Assembly (NCBI RefSeq): GCF_006345805.1
Contig: NC_042997.1
Coordinates: forward strand, 8,308,001 to 8,372,000
Origin: Octopus sinensis
Taxonomy: Eukaryota
Reading direction: 5' to 3'
Length of the DNA stretch: 64,000 bases
Part shown: positions 26,113 through 38,269 of the stretch, piece by piece
Layout: the number at the start of each line of letters is the position of its first letter
Position numbering within the stretch: position 1 is the first letter of the stretch
Notes under the pieces: model-generated
Seen by the model: the letters and a program-made list of their open reading frames with translations, nothing else
The model's database searches: none
Told to the model about the DNA's origin: nothing
Made by a program: the position numbers and the translations under genes

Positions 26113-27008
26113 GGGGCACGTTTTCGAGACCCGAATTACGACTACGAGATTTTAAAACGCAACAATTTTAATATACGCTACCGCAGCTGGAATTACTGCG
26201 GCTGCTGGCACCAGACTTGCCCTCCGGTCGATCCTCGTTAACGGATTTCAAGAGTACTCATTCCGATCGCGGGGCCTCGACAGACCCGCTTCGTTATTTT
26301 TCGTCACTACCCCCCCCCCCCCCCGTGCCGGGAGTGGGTAATTTGCGCGCCTGCTGCCTTCCTTGGATGTGGTAGCCGTTTCGCATGCTCCCTCTCCAGA
26401 ATCGAACCCTGATTCCCCGTTACCCATTGCCGCAACGGTCGGCACTTCCCGGGCCGTCGACTGTCGATAGGGCGGACTCGCGGGGGATCCGTCGGGTGAA
26501 GGCTAGTCGATACTAGCCGGTGTGATCGTACTGACAGTTATCCACAGTCACCAAAATCGAAGGACGTGAAGCCGCCGCACGCCTCGACCCGCGTGCGAAG
26601 CGCGGCGGCTGCTGCGTCGGTCCGTACGCGTCGGTCTCACTCTAATATTTGCGCCGCAACCAATGAGGAAGGCCGACCTTATCGTCGCGACCGGAGGGGC
26701 GAGTGTGGGTGCACCGCCCTGGACGGGCCGAGCGGGCGCCGGCGACGCCGCGAAGACGCGGCGGCTGCCGAACGCCGTTTTTAGGCCCAACACCCGGGTG
26801 CGACCAGCGATCGCGGCTTCGGGTGCATGTATTAGCTCTAGAATTGTCACAGTTATCCACTGTCCTTGCGGTGAGGAATACCGTCCCGAGTATTAGGTCC
26901 GGTTCCTAAGCCATTCGCGGTTTCACCATTCGTTTACGGCATATACTTACACTTGCATGGCTTAAGCTTTGCGACAAGCATATGACTACTGGCAGGATCA
27001 ACCAGGTA
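26113..27008 (-). pseudogene. Orphan 18S rRNA fragment (5' ~890 nt, ending near the start of V4)
   Basis: Minus strand starts TACCTGGTTGATCCTGCCAGTAGTCATATGCTTG at 27008 and includes GTGCCAGCAGCCGCAGTAATTCCAGC. It is truncated, has substitutions in universal motifs, and carries a 15-C run at 26310-26324. Confidence 0.92.
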
Positions 27009-27064
27009 TCATCGAGACGACATCGTCGTTAGATGACGCGGGTGACAGCGATAACGACGGGCAC

Positions 27065-27330
27065 CTTCTTTTCGTGAATTATTGTTGGGACCTTGGGAAC
27101 AGTATCAGATGGCATCAAGAGGAAGATGAAAGAAACTGGAATAAGATGCTCAGTAGAACTGTTACAAAACTTTTGCCGCCTTAGCACGGCAAGAATAATC
27201 AGGAAAGTACCAGGTAGCTTAAAAGAATGAATAGCATGGTACCGTAGGCTGCAGGTAGTAAGCCTGCTACGCATGCAAGACTCCTGGAGCTCCAACAAAA
27301 CGTATGACAAAGAGAACAATAAACACGAAA
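27065..27330 (+). mobile_element. R4/Dong-type LINE extreme 3' fragment
   Basis: Frameshifted IIVGTLGTVSDGIKRKMKETGIRCSVELLQ...LSTARIIRKV matches the C-termini of the elements at 58602-61454 and 61842-64000. Confidence 0.75.
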
Positions 27331-28771
27331 AATTAATGTAGTAACAACTAGCAAAAAAATTATAGCAACAAAATTCGACAATAGAGAAAAGTACCATCCA
27401 GACACCAACAAGGATCTCCATAGATCCTGAGTCACGAGCAATCTTGCTTACCAGTAGTATTTTACAAGCTATACACACATGCTTTGAGAAGTTTCATTCG
27501 TTTTGGTCATTTTTGCCATATTCACTTGCAATTTTACAAATTTACCTTGGGGCACTCCCTTTCCAAATCCATCCTACCTTTCTTTTTACAAGGAAGTAGA
27601 AAAATCGATGAGCTGCTTGCCTGAAAAGGAAGATATCTATTCAACAATTTTACTCACGTCCACCACGCAACCTCTTTCGATATAGCAATATGATAGAGGA
27701 AAACTCTCTTCACTCTACGATCAAATATGCGAAATAATCGGAGTTTCTTGATAGCTGGATCCGCCCCATATTTTATAACTTCTTAATATCCACAACTACA
27801 CAATGCCCAATCATTGTACGGGGGCATGGAATACGGTTTTGTCCCACTGCACACTTCTCAGTGAGGCGCAACTATTGGACTGCAATGACTATAGAGTTTA
27901 TCTCAGACTAGCAATGTTCTCCGGCAGCATCGTTAGGTCAGAGATTTCTGGAATTATTCATGGTACCCGACTAGAAAGTCCTCCGGAAAGACCAGCCAGT
28001 CGATTTCTACTGACACGCTGTTATTCCTCGCGTACGTTGTCGTCCGGGATCCATCGACAGCTTAACCCGACAGACAGAAAGCTATGAGCTCCTTAGCAGT
28101 ATTTAAGAGGCCAGGCGCCTTGCCTCGGTCAACTTTTGTTTGAGGATTGCAGCTCTGCCAAAGGGAAAGCTATGGAAAAACACGTCTGGGTGGCAGTGAC
28201 CACTCCTATTCACCGTTAGTGAAATTCTAAAGTTGTTGTTGCCATTACACATGTTTGTACATCATTAGCGACACTATGTCCAGTCCTTCTCGCAGCGGAT
28301 ATTGACAGTAATCTGACAGTTTGAACATTGGAACACCTTTCCTCAACAGAAAAATTTTTAAATACTGAAAAACAGTGAAAACTTTTGGAAAGATGTTGAA
28401 GCTTTTGAAAAGCTTATGAAATAATAAAAATTCTAAGAAAGGAGTGTAAAATGTAAAAATAGGATTGCGGAATAGGAAATGAAAACAAGAAATGTATGCA
28501 AAACAACGAATTAAAAAATTATTGCTGAATACTGCAGAATGAATGAGTGAATAAATAATTCAGGAAATAAATTATGAGAATAATGGTGGTGATGAATGTA
28601 GTAGTGAAAATGATTAGAATAGTAGATAGTAATATGAATAGAATGAATGTAGAACGAGGTAAATTAACACACAATGATGATAATAATGATTATTTTTAAG
28701 GATAGTAGTAACGACAGCATTACGGAAAGTAATCGAATGAAGAAAATAACAAAATTAAAGATAATCGTAAG

Positions 28772-28773
<2 letters not shown>

Positions 28774-28823
<50 letters not shown>

Positions 28824-28910
28824 CAACAACAACAACAACAATAATAATAATAATAATAATAATGACGATGATGATGGGAAGGAGGAGGAGGAGAAGAAGA
28901 AGAAGAAGCA
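28774..28910. repeat. Compound trinucleotide array (AAT)-(AAC)-(AAT)-(GAT)-(GAG)-(GAA)
   Basis: Direct reading. Confidence 0.9.
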
Positions 28911-29010
28911 AAGTCGAGGTCGGCAGAATTTGAACTCAGACGTAAAGACGGACGAAATGCCACTAATTATTTTGCTCAGCGTGCTAATGAATCTGCCATC
29001 TCGCCGCCTT
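28905..29010 (-). mobile_element. SINE S3 5' fragment
   Basis: AAAGTCGAGGTCGGCAGAATTTGAACTCAGACGTAAAGACGGACGAAATG...TCGCCGCCTT. Confidence 0.75.
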
Positions 29011-29023
29011 AATAATAATAATA

Positions 29024-29086
<63 letters not shown>

Positions 29087-29088
<2 letters not shown>

Positions 29089-29641
29089 GCCCTGATGCAG
29101 TGCCAGACAGTGGCTCTCATGGCTTCTAATCTTAACTGATTGGAAGTGTTATCATGTACATTGTTTTGTCTTGGTATTAAAGATGGGCTACAGCAAACAT
29201 TCTGCTCAATCCACAGATTTCCTTGTCAGTTGTTTGACCTTAACCAGTTGAGCGTGTCCCTTAGTAGATGACGATATGTGCATCTCTGATCACGAGCAGA
29301 AGTAGTGGAGGTGCATCATGGCCATATGCTGAAAGGAATTTTTGGAGGTCTAGATGATTCACCTGTGGAAACATGGGTGGTTCTTTCAACATCCTTAAAC
29401 AATCTTTATTCAGGGACCTTTTGAGTAAGATGGGCTACTCGACAAGAAGAAAATTCTAACTTGGCGCCACCTGCAAGGTCATGCACTGTTTATCATGATA
29501 TGAGATCACCATGTCGCACACATATGGTTGTGATGCATGTGCCTGGTATACCCTTATCAGACGGGTAGTCATGTTGGGTATACTGGGCTTCGTATATTTT
29601 ACCCCAGTGTCACTTTGATGGCATGCACTAATCTCTCAATC
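29087..29641 (-). mobile_element. ~555-bp non-coding element embedded in (TAA)n
   Basis: Complex, higher-GC sequence with long (AAT)n arrays on both sides (29011-29086 and 29642-29691); no ORF. Orientation is inferred. Confidence 0.55.
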
Positions 29642-29688
<47 letters not shown>

Positions 29689-29809
29689 TAATATTTTTTA
29701 AATAATTGAAGTAACTCTTCACAAAGGTAAACAGTCAAGATGAAGAGCGCGATTCGATTGTAATAGATATTTTTGGGTTGAACGATATTTCGAAAGTAAG
29801 TCTACCTTG

Positions 29810-30019
29810 TCATTTTGCGACTTTCATTCACCTTTCAATAAACTCACTCGAGGACAGTACCTCCATCTCAATTTCCTTTTCAGGTTAATGAGAGCTCTAC
29901 CAAAGAGGCACGTATCTATTCTCATGCCTTTTAGCCTTGTCAACCAAACTACCTCTTTCGCCACAGCTACCAGCCAAAAGAAAACTGCCTTGCCTGCCCG
30001 ATTGAAGGAGAGCGGCGGG
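29810..30019 (-). mobile_element. Tx1/L1-type LINE 3' fragment
   Basis: PPLSFNRAGKAVFFWLVAVAKEVVWLTRLKG is homologous to PPSFKREGRAIFIILVAMAKECIWWTRLKG of 53964-55636. Confidence 0.8.
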
Positions 30020-30114
30020 AGAAGAAGAAGAAGAAGAAGAAGAAGAAGAAGAAGAAGAAGAAGAAGAAGAAGAAGAGAAGAAGAAGAAGAAGAAGAAGAA
30101 GAAGAAGAAGAAGA
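30020..30114. repeat. (GAA)n microsatellite
   Basis: Direct reading. Confidence 0.95.
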
Positions 30115-30350
30115 AATTAAATTTGCTTCACAGAAGCAAGTTTTGCGAACGAGAAACATCAGGAGAGTCATTGACAAAGAAAAGAAAATACTGACGGGAA
30201 GTGTAGGATGAGCGGTGAAAGAGAAGAAACAATTGCACATAGTTTCAGAATGTCCAAAACTAGCACAGATAGAGTATAAAACCGGGAGATATGGTAGGAT
30301 GGCGAATGTCATGCATTAAGAAATATGCAAGAAGTAAAGGTTCCGAGCGT
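30115..30350 (+). mobile_element. R4/Dong-type LINE fragment (CCHC knuckle region)
   Basis: Frameshifted FASQKQVLRTRNIRRVIDK...KCRMSGEREETIAH.VSECPKLAQIEYK. Confidence 0.8.
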
Positions 30351-30824
30351 GGTTAGACGCTGGCCATCAAATCTCAGATAGGCTAGCACACCGAACAGTG
30401 GAGAAGGTCTTTCAACCTTTCGAGGTCAATAGAATAACAATCAAGTACTGAAGTCAGTATAATAGACTTCACTCGCCTCAAATCTGCTGGCCCCTGTACC
30501 AATATTTGAAACCGTTAAATATTATAAAGTGGATCGAATTCTGCACGCTAGCCAATCCGAGTTAGTTTTCTCACAAACGCTGAAGAGGTGATCACTTGTA
30601 TTGCGACATCTGGTTTATAGCATTAAGTAACAATGGAGGTTGCTTTACTGAAAAAATATGTTTTTATAAAGCTTAATATACCGGTTACGTCTTCTGCGTT
30701 ATAATTGCTACAATGTAGCTTGAATTCCGCAGGCTAGCCTATGTGAGGTTTGGTGGCCAGTGATAGGAACCTTTAATACCGTGTCGTGCCTTCTTGTGCA
30801 CTCAATTATATACATATATATATA

Positions 30825-30873
<49 letters not shown>

Positions 30874-33792
30874 TGTATACACACTCTATACATAAATATA
30901 CACACACGCACATTTATGTATATGTGTATGTATGTGTACATCCACGTAAAACACTGTAGATCTTATGAATTTTGATATTAATGTGGTAAAAACTATGTCT
31001 AAAAAATTAATGAGAGCTCATATTATCAATAATTTCATATTTTAAATTCTTATTGCTTTTGTGATAAAATTCTGCGCTTCTTTAATTACGTGTACTTTCC
31101 TCTGGGAATCGCTGCAACTTCAAATATTTTCTTAGTGTAAATAACAGATTAGTGTTTAATAATGTATAGGAAATTGTATACTATATATATTTGGAAGCCT
31201 CGCATTCATATGTTATTTTCTCTAATTTGTGGCCTTCAGTTCTTATTAGACCACTATCACTCTCAGTCTATGAACATATTTCTATATTCCGAACGCATCT
31301 AAACGCATTTTGAATTAACTCTAAGATGCATGAAGATGTGTGAAACTGTAATATTGTTGTTGATCATTTCTCTCCCTCTCTTAGGACATAACGAGATTCT
31401 AATACATTCATATATTCGTAATTTATGCTCAAGTATTTACTCGTATGATGGCTTCTTTACTCACAGTTTAGACTATATGTTCACAAGGTGGATAGTAAAT
31501 GGCCCTAAATATTTCAAATTGTTCATTAGGCGCCTTATAATGCAGCCACCTTGTCTGAAATAATGCATCAATCTAACTGCAGGACCTTCAGCATTATAAC
31601 TTTCTATTACCTAAGCCCAACAGACTAAAATTCACACACACTGTGTTGAGTAAATGAGGATGACACGACTTATTTACTCGACTTGCTATAAGTACCAGTC
31701 AAATTTTCCTTAAATCATAATTTTAATAATCTAAAAATACATTGGATAATGTGATCTCAGATACACGATGTCTGAACCGAAAAAGATAGAGGATAATCAT
31801 TCCTGAAATGAGTAATATCGTATGTTTGCTTTATTGGAGATACTTTGAATCAAGAGAAATACTTCAATCAAAGGACATGGCGTCACTAAAACTGGTTTAC
31901 TATTGACATTTGTATAATTATAGTAATACTGGCAAGACGATACGAAAGTATTGCTGTTGTTGCTACGTCCTGAACTAATGTCATATGAATCATATAATCA
32001 CAGCTGAAAACGCTCAGAGGAACATAAAATCTTTTAGATATAATTAAGTCATTACAATTGTTTAGACATAAGTTAACTCTAGTCGAGCAGACATTTGAGC
32101 AAAAGCATTCCGTTTATGATCATAACAGCTTCTATTAGAGACATAAATGTAGAACTACACGTGCTCATATTTTCTTTCTTTGCTTAAAATGGCATGATGT
32201 GATTTGAAAGAGATTTGGTAGCTATTTCTAGTTGATAGAACAGCTGCGTTAGGATCTCTTGTGAATTAAAGAAATAAAATTAAGTTTGTGATTAGGTGTT
32301 GCAAAGAAAAATGAACTATTTGCAAATGTTCTTCCCTTGTTTTATTTATTAAAAGATATAAAATAACAAAACATATTTATAATTTGATACTTAACCAAAT
32401 TCTGTTGTCTATCACAAATATCTTCGAAAAATGCATCGTTAGTCGAGCTTGTAGGAGAACGTATACAGGGACTGAAAAAGTCTGGAAGGTCATTATTTCA
32501 ATGTTGTTTATCATGGTTGGCCGAAGTGTGCGATTCGATTATAATAGGTATTTTAATGGTTGAAGGAATTTTCGACAGTAAATCTGTCTTTGTCAAGTTC
32601 AAAATAAGAGGTGATAAAAATTCAAAATTATAGAAATTTAAATTTAAAGTATGAACGAGAGCAACTAGCGTCCACATGTTGATAGAATGGCGTCATCAGT
32701 CTTTAAGTTTCGGTTTTATAACAGACGGAGAGAAAAAGACAGAAAAAAGGGGGAATGCATGAGGTGAAATGTTTATCATAGTTGGAGCCAAAGGTCCGCT
32801 CTTATCAAGCAGAATTTTTATACAAGTAGTCAGCTGGATGGCTAGATGTCATCTATGGATTCATTGCTTGAGATATATCATACAACCATCAATTTTCTGA
32901 TCACACAGTACGTGGTAACATAATATGACTGGTTTTATATGGAGCATCGTGTTAGTCTGCCAGGCATATTTGCCTAGAATTTTTATTAGATTAATTACCC
33001 TCATTCAGGGTAATTAATTAGTCGACTCGATGATCTGTGTGTTTAACTTTATTTTTTCATGTATTGTGTATTCTCTATGTAAGTGGAAAGTGGCGGACTG
33101 AATCGTAAACATTCAGATATCAATGGTAGCAGGAATGTTGCTGCCGATGGCGTCATTCTGGGGTATAATTTTGTATAAATTTTGCCAGTCATGTTATTAG
33201 GCAGCGTATAATTATCTAAATGCATCTTATGATTGAGAAAGAAGACTATGTTGCTTAATTGTATAGAAGAAAAGCCTCTCAAATATGAGGCCGTGCTTAA
33301 GGGAATATGATGCTATTTCACATGGATTGTCTTCAAGATTTGATGATTTTCACCCAGTTTCCAGATACTTAGCATTTTATAGCGCGTACAGATAGTTGGT
33401 ATGAGAAAATTTTCATGAATGCAGCAATTCTTTTAGAGTCTAAGCGCATGCTTGTGATTTTAATTTTGACTTGGAAGTAGGGATTCTTTAATGAATTACC
33501 AACATCAGACGGAGAGAAAGGGGTGAAATCAGTATTAAGGCGAAAGGTGTGTATTTTATGTTTTGTGTTTTATTCCTTCTTTACGTTTTTTTTTTTTTTT
33601 CTTTTTTGTTAGTTTTCGAGTCATGCAAGTATTACTTGTTGCTAAAAGGTTGTTTTATTGTAAACTCACATCTACGGACAGAAATTATCATCGAAAACTC
33701 ACCTAAAATATTTTTCTCTTATGCCAGCGTGAAGCTTAAATATCAAATTCACTTTTCCGTTATTTCCTCATCTATGTTGTTTCCTAAATACA

Positions 33793-33826
<34 letters not shown>

Positions 33827-34424
33827 TATATATTTATATGTATATCAATGCAAGAAAGGTGAGTGTCTGTGGTTGTATTTACACACCCCACAACGAAAAA
33901 CTGGTCCACAGAAGGAATTATACTTTCTTTTGAATAGCATTTAGAATAAGAACAGATGGAATGTGCCGCAAGTGTAGATTGTAACAATAAAAATAAAAGA
34001 GTCGGTTTTATTGATTCTTTCTCCTGACTTAGATAATATATGTCCCAACAAAAAATAACTATGTATTATCTTCTATAATGTTCAACAGAGACGGAATTCA
34101 GCACAAATATAGAATACAGTATTTTGCAGGAAATGTTGCTTAGGGTAATGCAAGTAAGAATACTTGAATACTTTGTAGAATATTCTCATTATATTGTGAT
34201 GATTTTGAAAGGAAAAAATAGAAGAATACTCTAAACAAGGTTTCATATCAACTCTTTTGGGCATACAGAAGGAAAATGTATATATAGATGTCCGTGTGTT
34301 CCTGTAGGTACATATTCATCAGAAACCCCCCTCTCTCTCTCTGTATATATGTATGTATATATATATATATGCGTGTGTGTTTGTGTATATATATATATAT
34401 GTATATACATATAGATAGATAGAT

Positions 34425-34483
<59 letters not shown>

Positions 34484-34488
34484 TAAAT

Positions 34489-34734
34489 GCGCCCTTTTAA
34501 AGGCTAGCCAGGCTCATGAGGCCGGTTTTCCGGTTTCTATGGTGTATGTGTTCTCCAGCTGGAAGGGACGCCAGTCCATCGCAGCGTTACTCATTTTTGC
34601 CAGCTGAATGGACTGGAGTAACGTGAAATGAAGTGTTTTGCGCATGAACACAACGCATCGCCAGGTCCAGGAATCGAAACCACAATCTTGCGATCATGAT
34701 GCTGACACCCTAACCACTTAGCCACGCGCTTCCA
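34489..34734 (-). mobile_element. tRNA-head SINE, family S4
   Basis: Minus strand TGGAAGCGCGTGGCTAAGTGGTTAGGGTGTC...GTTTCGATTCC; homologous to 40364-40626. Confidence 0.85.
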
Positions 34735-34739
34735 TATAT

Positions 34740-35078
<339 letters not shown>

Positions 35079-35109
35079 TGTGTATATATATATTTTTTTT
35101 ATACATACC

Positions 35110-35258
<149 letters not shown>

Positions 35259-35700
35259 AATATTAAAATTTATGGAAACCGTCGGGTCGCTAATGAATAC
35301 GACTTCCTTTTGTTCTCTTTTCTTTTTGAAATCTAGTTCTTGTCTGTTATGTCTTCTCATAACGACGTTGATTTCGTTTCGTACGCACTAACTTAATGCT
35401 TTGACGTTAGGTAACTAACTATAGCAGGGGTATCATTTCTATCGTAGATGAAAATGATACGTCCATAACCATAACAGAAGATCAAAAAGCAGTATATGAT
35501 TCAGGAAGATGAAGCTTTGACATTGCTGAAGAAAATGAACAGAGAAACTACCATAAGATGGAATTAATTTTATTGTAACAAATGCTCTGCAACAGGGAGC
35601 GTTCTTTAAATGCTTGAAAAGGATAATCTTTACCAAAGCAAAAACATAGCCAGCTACAATAAATAACTCAGATTTTATGGATGTGTATTTATAATGTATG

Positions 35701-35734
<34 letters not shown>

Positions 35735-35912
35735 TGTATGTATGTATGTATGTATGTATGTATGCATGTATGTATGTATGTATGTACGTATGTATGTATA
35801 CATACATGCATGTATATATGTATGTATGTTTATATCTGTGTGCGTATGTGTGATTTCATGAGTGTATGTGTGGTCGTATATATGTATATGAGGACGGATA
35901 TGCTTATATATA

Positions 35913-36032
35913 TATATATTTATAAAAAAGAAGTTGAAACGCCACTATATAAGATAAATTTATCTTATATAAAATTATATTAAAATTTATCATATATAGT
36001 GGCGTTTTCAAACTTCTTTTTTATAAATATAT
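35913..36032. repeat. AT-rich inverted repeat containing an internal perfect palindrome
   Basis: Arms TATTTATAAAAAAGAAGTTGAAACGCCACTATA / TATAGTGGCGTTTTCAAACTTCTTTTTTATAAATA; 26-bp palindrome at 35946-35971. Confidence 0.8.
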
Positions 36033-36056
36033 ACTCATTCGTATACCACCTACACT

Positions 36057-36090
<34 letters not shown>

Positions 36091-36105
36091 TTATTATATA
36101 GAAGG

Positions 36106-36156
36106 AGCTTCTACAGGACTAGAACTGTTTCATTCAAGAGAAATCTTCAGGAAGCT
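36106..36156 (-). ncRNA. Type I hammerhead ribozyme, three stems
   Basis: Minus strand: AGCUUC-CUGAAGA-UUUC(UCUU)GAAU-GAAA-CAG(UUCUAGUC)CUG-UA-GAAGCU; stem I 6 bp, stem III CAG/CUG, GUA triplet; stem II closed by U.U. Confidence 0.72.
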
Positions 36157-36295
36157 AGTTAACAAGAATTGTATTGGCATTATACATTTAGGCAGGTTTA
36201 AAGGGGTGTTGGTGGGGGACTTTTTGGGGGTAGGCATAGCGCAAAAAATCATACTTGGGGGAGTGGTCAAGGAGTCAGTGTTAAATTAGATAGGA

Positions 36296-36450
36296 GAATA
36301 AAAAAAATAAAAAATAAAAAATAAAAAAATAAAAAATAAAAAATAATAAATAAAAAATAAATAATAAATAAAAATAAAAAATAAAAAATAAAAAATAAAT
36401 AATAAATAAAAATAAAAATATATAAAAAAATAAAATAAAAAATAAAAATA
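36296..36450. repeat. A-rich (ATAAAAA)n-like low-complexity tract
   Basis: Direct reading. Confidence 0.85.
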
Positions 36451-36789
36451 TATATATATATATATATATTGGGATGTTTTGATTGCCCTTCACATCATGG
36501 CGCTCTCACATTCTTGAGACTACGAGTAATACTAGTACTAGATACTTTGCCCCGACTTGTATCACGACAATGCCAGTAAGATGGAGAGGGTATGTGAGGC
36601 GCTGTGCATATCTTATTGGAGCTAATATTTTAAGTTCTGCAATCGCTGTCGAGGCAACTATTTGATGACGAGTCGAATAGGAAGATGCCATGGTGAGTTA
36701 TGAAACCAATTGCAGCCGTCAGCAGATGTCATAAACCCATGCATGGACAATAGTCATAACATTCTTCTCCGATCTCACGTGTACAGCCA

Positions 36790-36874
<85 letters not shown>

Positions 36875-37329
36875 GAGACTTGTTGTTTCGGGCATTGAAA
36901 ATACATCTGACACTTAATACGAATTGTAATTTTGAAATATTTTGACAATCTATTAAAATATCTTACCGGTTTCAACAATCATTTTTTTTTTCAATGGTAA
37001 ATAAAGCTTTAAAAGAAAATGAAGATACATGTGAACGTTTGGTAAAGCACGCTTAAAATAGCAAATGTTCATGCAAATTCAAATGTTCAATAATTTTCAC
37101 AGTTATGCAAAATGATGAAAGTACAAATGCTTGATAAATTTCATAAAAATAATACATGATTGCGAGTTCAGCAATTTCTAAATTAATAAATTATATTAAC
37201 AATTGGATACGATAAAGTTTTAAGAAGTTTTTTTTTTGTCGGGTGGGGTTGCTAATAAGAATTTGAATTGTTTTAAGCTGAAATCGTTTTGTACATATGT
37301 TTAGGTTTGACGGTCCCTATTGGTTATAG

Positions 37330-38100
37330 ATTCATTGTTTCGTCCAATGGTTGGCTGTATGCCTGAATACATCTAAGAAGCAATTGACCATTGTTATTCG
37401 TAACACATACTTCTGTGATTCGTAATTTTCTACGGGATTTTCTATGGGATTCTGTAATGTTGTCTTTCATTCTATTGTAATTAGATCCCGAAACTTTAGA
37501 GTAAACTTTCAGCCACTTGATTAGTATTTGTTTTAGTTTTAATGTCTTCTCTGATAAAGTTATTATTCTTATAAATTTCATGTTTCTCTTATTTGTTTGA
37601 GTTCACCGAGAATCTCTATCCCTCAGGTAACGGTTTAAAAATGGTTTCTATAATTGCATTGTTTTAAATTGCCAGTATTTCTAACACCATTTGTGGGGTT
37701 TGCAGTGTATTTTTTCGTTTAAGATTACATGATGTTCTTTCATGAGAGAATAGATAATGTTTCTATCTTCTTTCGTTATCTTCTGGAGAACTCTACTCTC
37801 TCTCCTTCGGAACAGACCCTCCTATCTTGCACCATCATTTTGATTTATGTAACCACCACTGCATCAATGGTGCATTATTCAGGGATTCAGGAATATCAAT
37901 GCAGTCAGGTGTCATTGAGTAATGGAAGTTCATACAGATCTAACGCGACCAAATCTTATTATAGTTTGAAGTTGAACTCACTTTTCTACACTGTTGAATA
38001 AAACTGAAGATAAACCAATTTTGATAACCTAGCCTATAACTTCGGCCGTAAGACTTGTTTTCTTGGCATCCATGTTCTGTTTTGCGTCTTCCTCTGATCA
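37330..38100 (-). mobile_element. Highly decayed R4/Dong-type RT relic
   Basis: Fragments EHGCQENKSYG (cf. EQKGCRKGSYG) and YSMTPDCIDIPE (cf. FDSIPHTWILE); many stops. Confidence 0.4.
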
Positions 38101-38269
38101 AGCATTACATATATCTGTCTCTCAACTCGTCCTCCTTAAAAACGAGCAAATGCTTCTTGGTTATTACGTAACACTCTCTACTAAACGTCGACACGGGTTT
38201 ACACCAGCTACTCTTTTGTGGGTATATGAAACCATTCTCCATTTTTTAATAGAAATGTAGAACTATCTG

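Noticed and set aside
26248-26909. GC-rich overlapping ORFs
   Set aside because: They fall inside the 18S rRNA fragment; open frames reflect high GC content
27500-28150. Scattered RT-like words on the minus strand (KAPG, DIKK, GVPQG)
   Set aside because: Spacing between the last two is too long and no YADD-like motif follows; the segment remains unidentified
32990-33018. 12-bp hairpin ATTAATTACCCT/AGGGTAATTAAT with TAATTA motifs
   Set aside because: Short, AT-rich and without supporting context for a regulatory call
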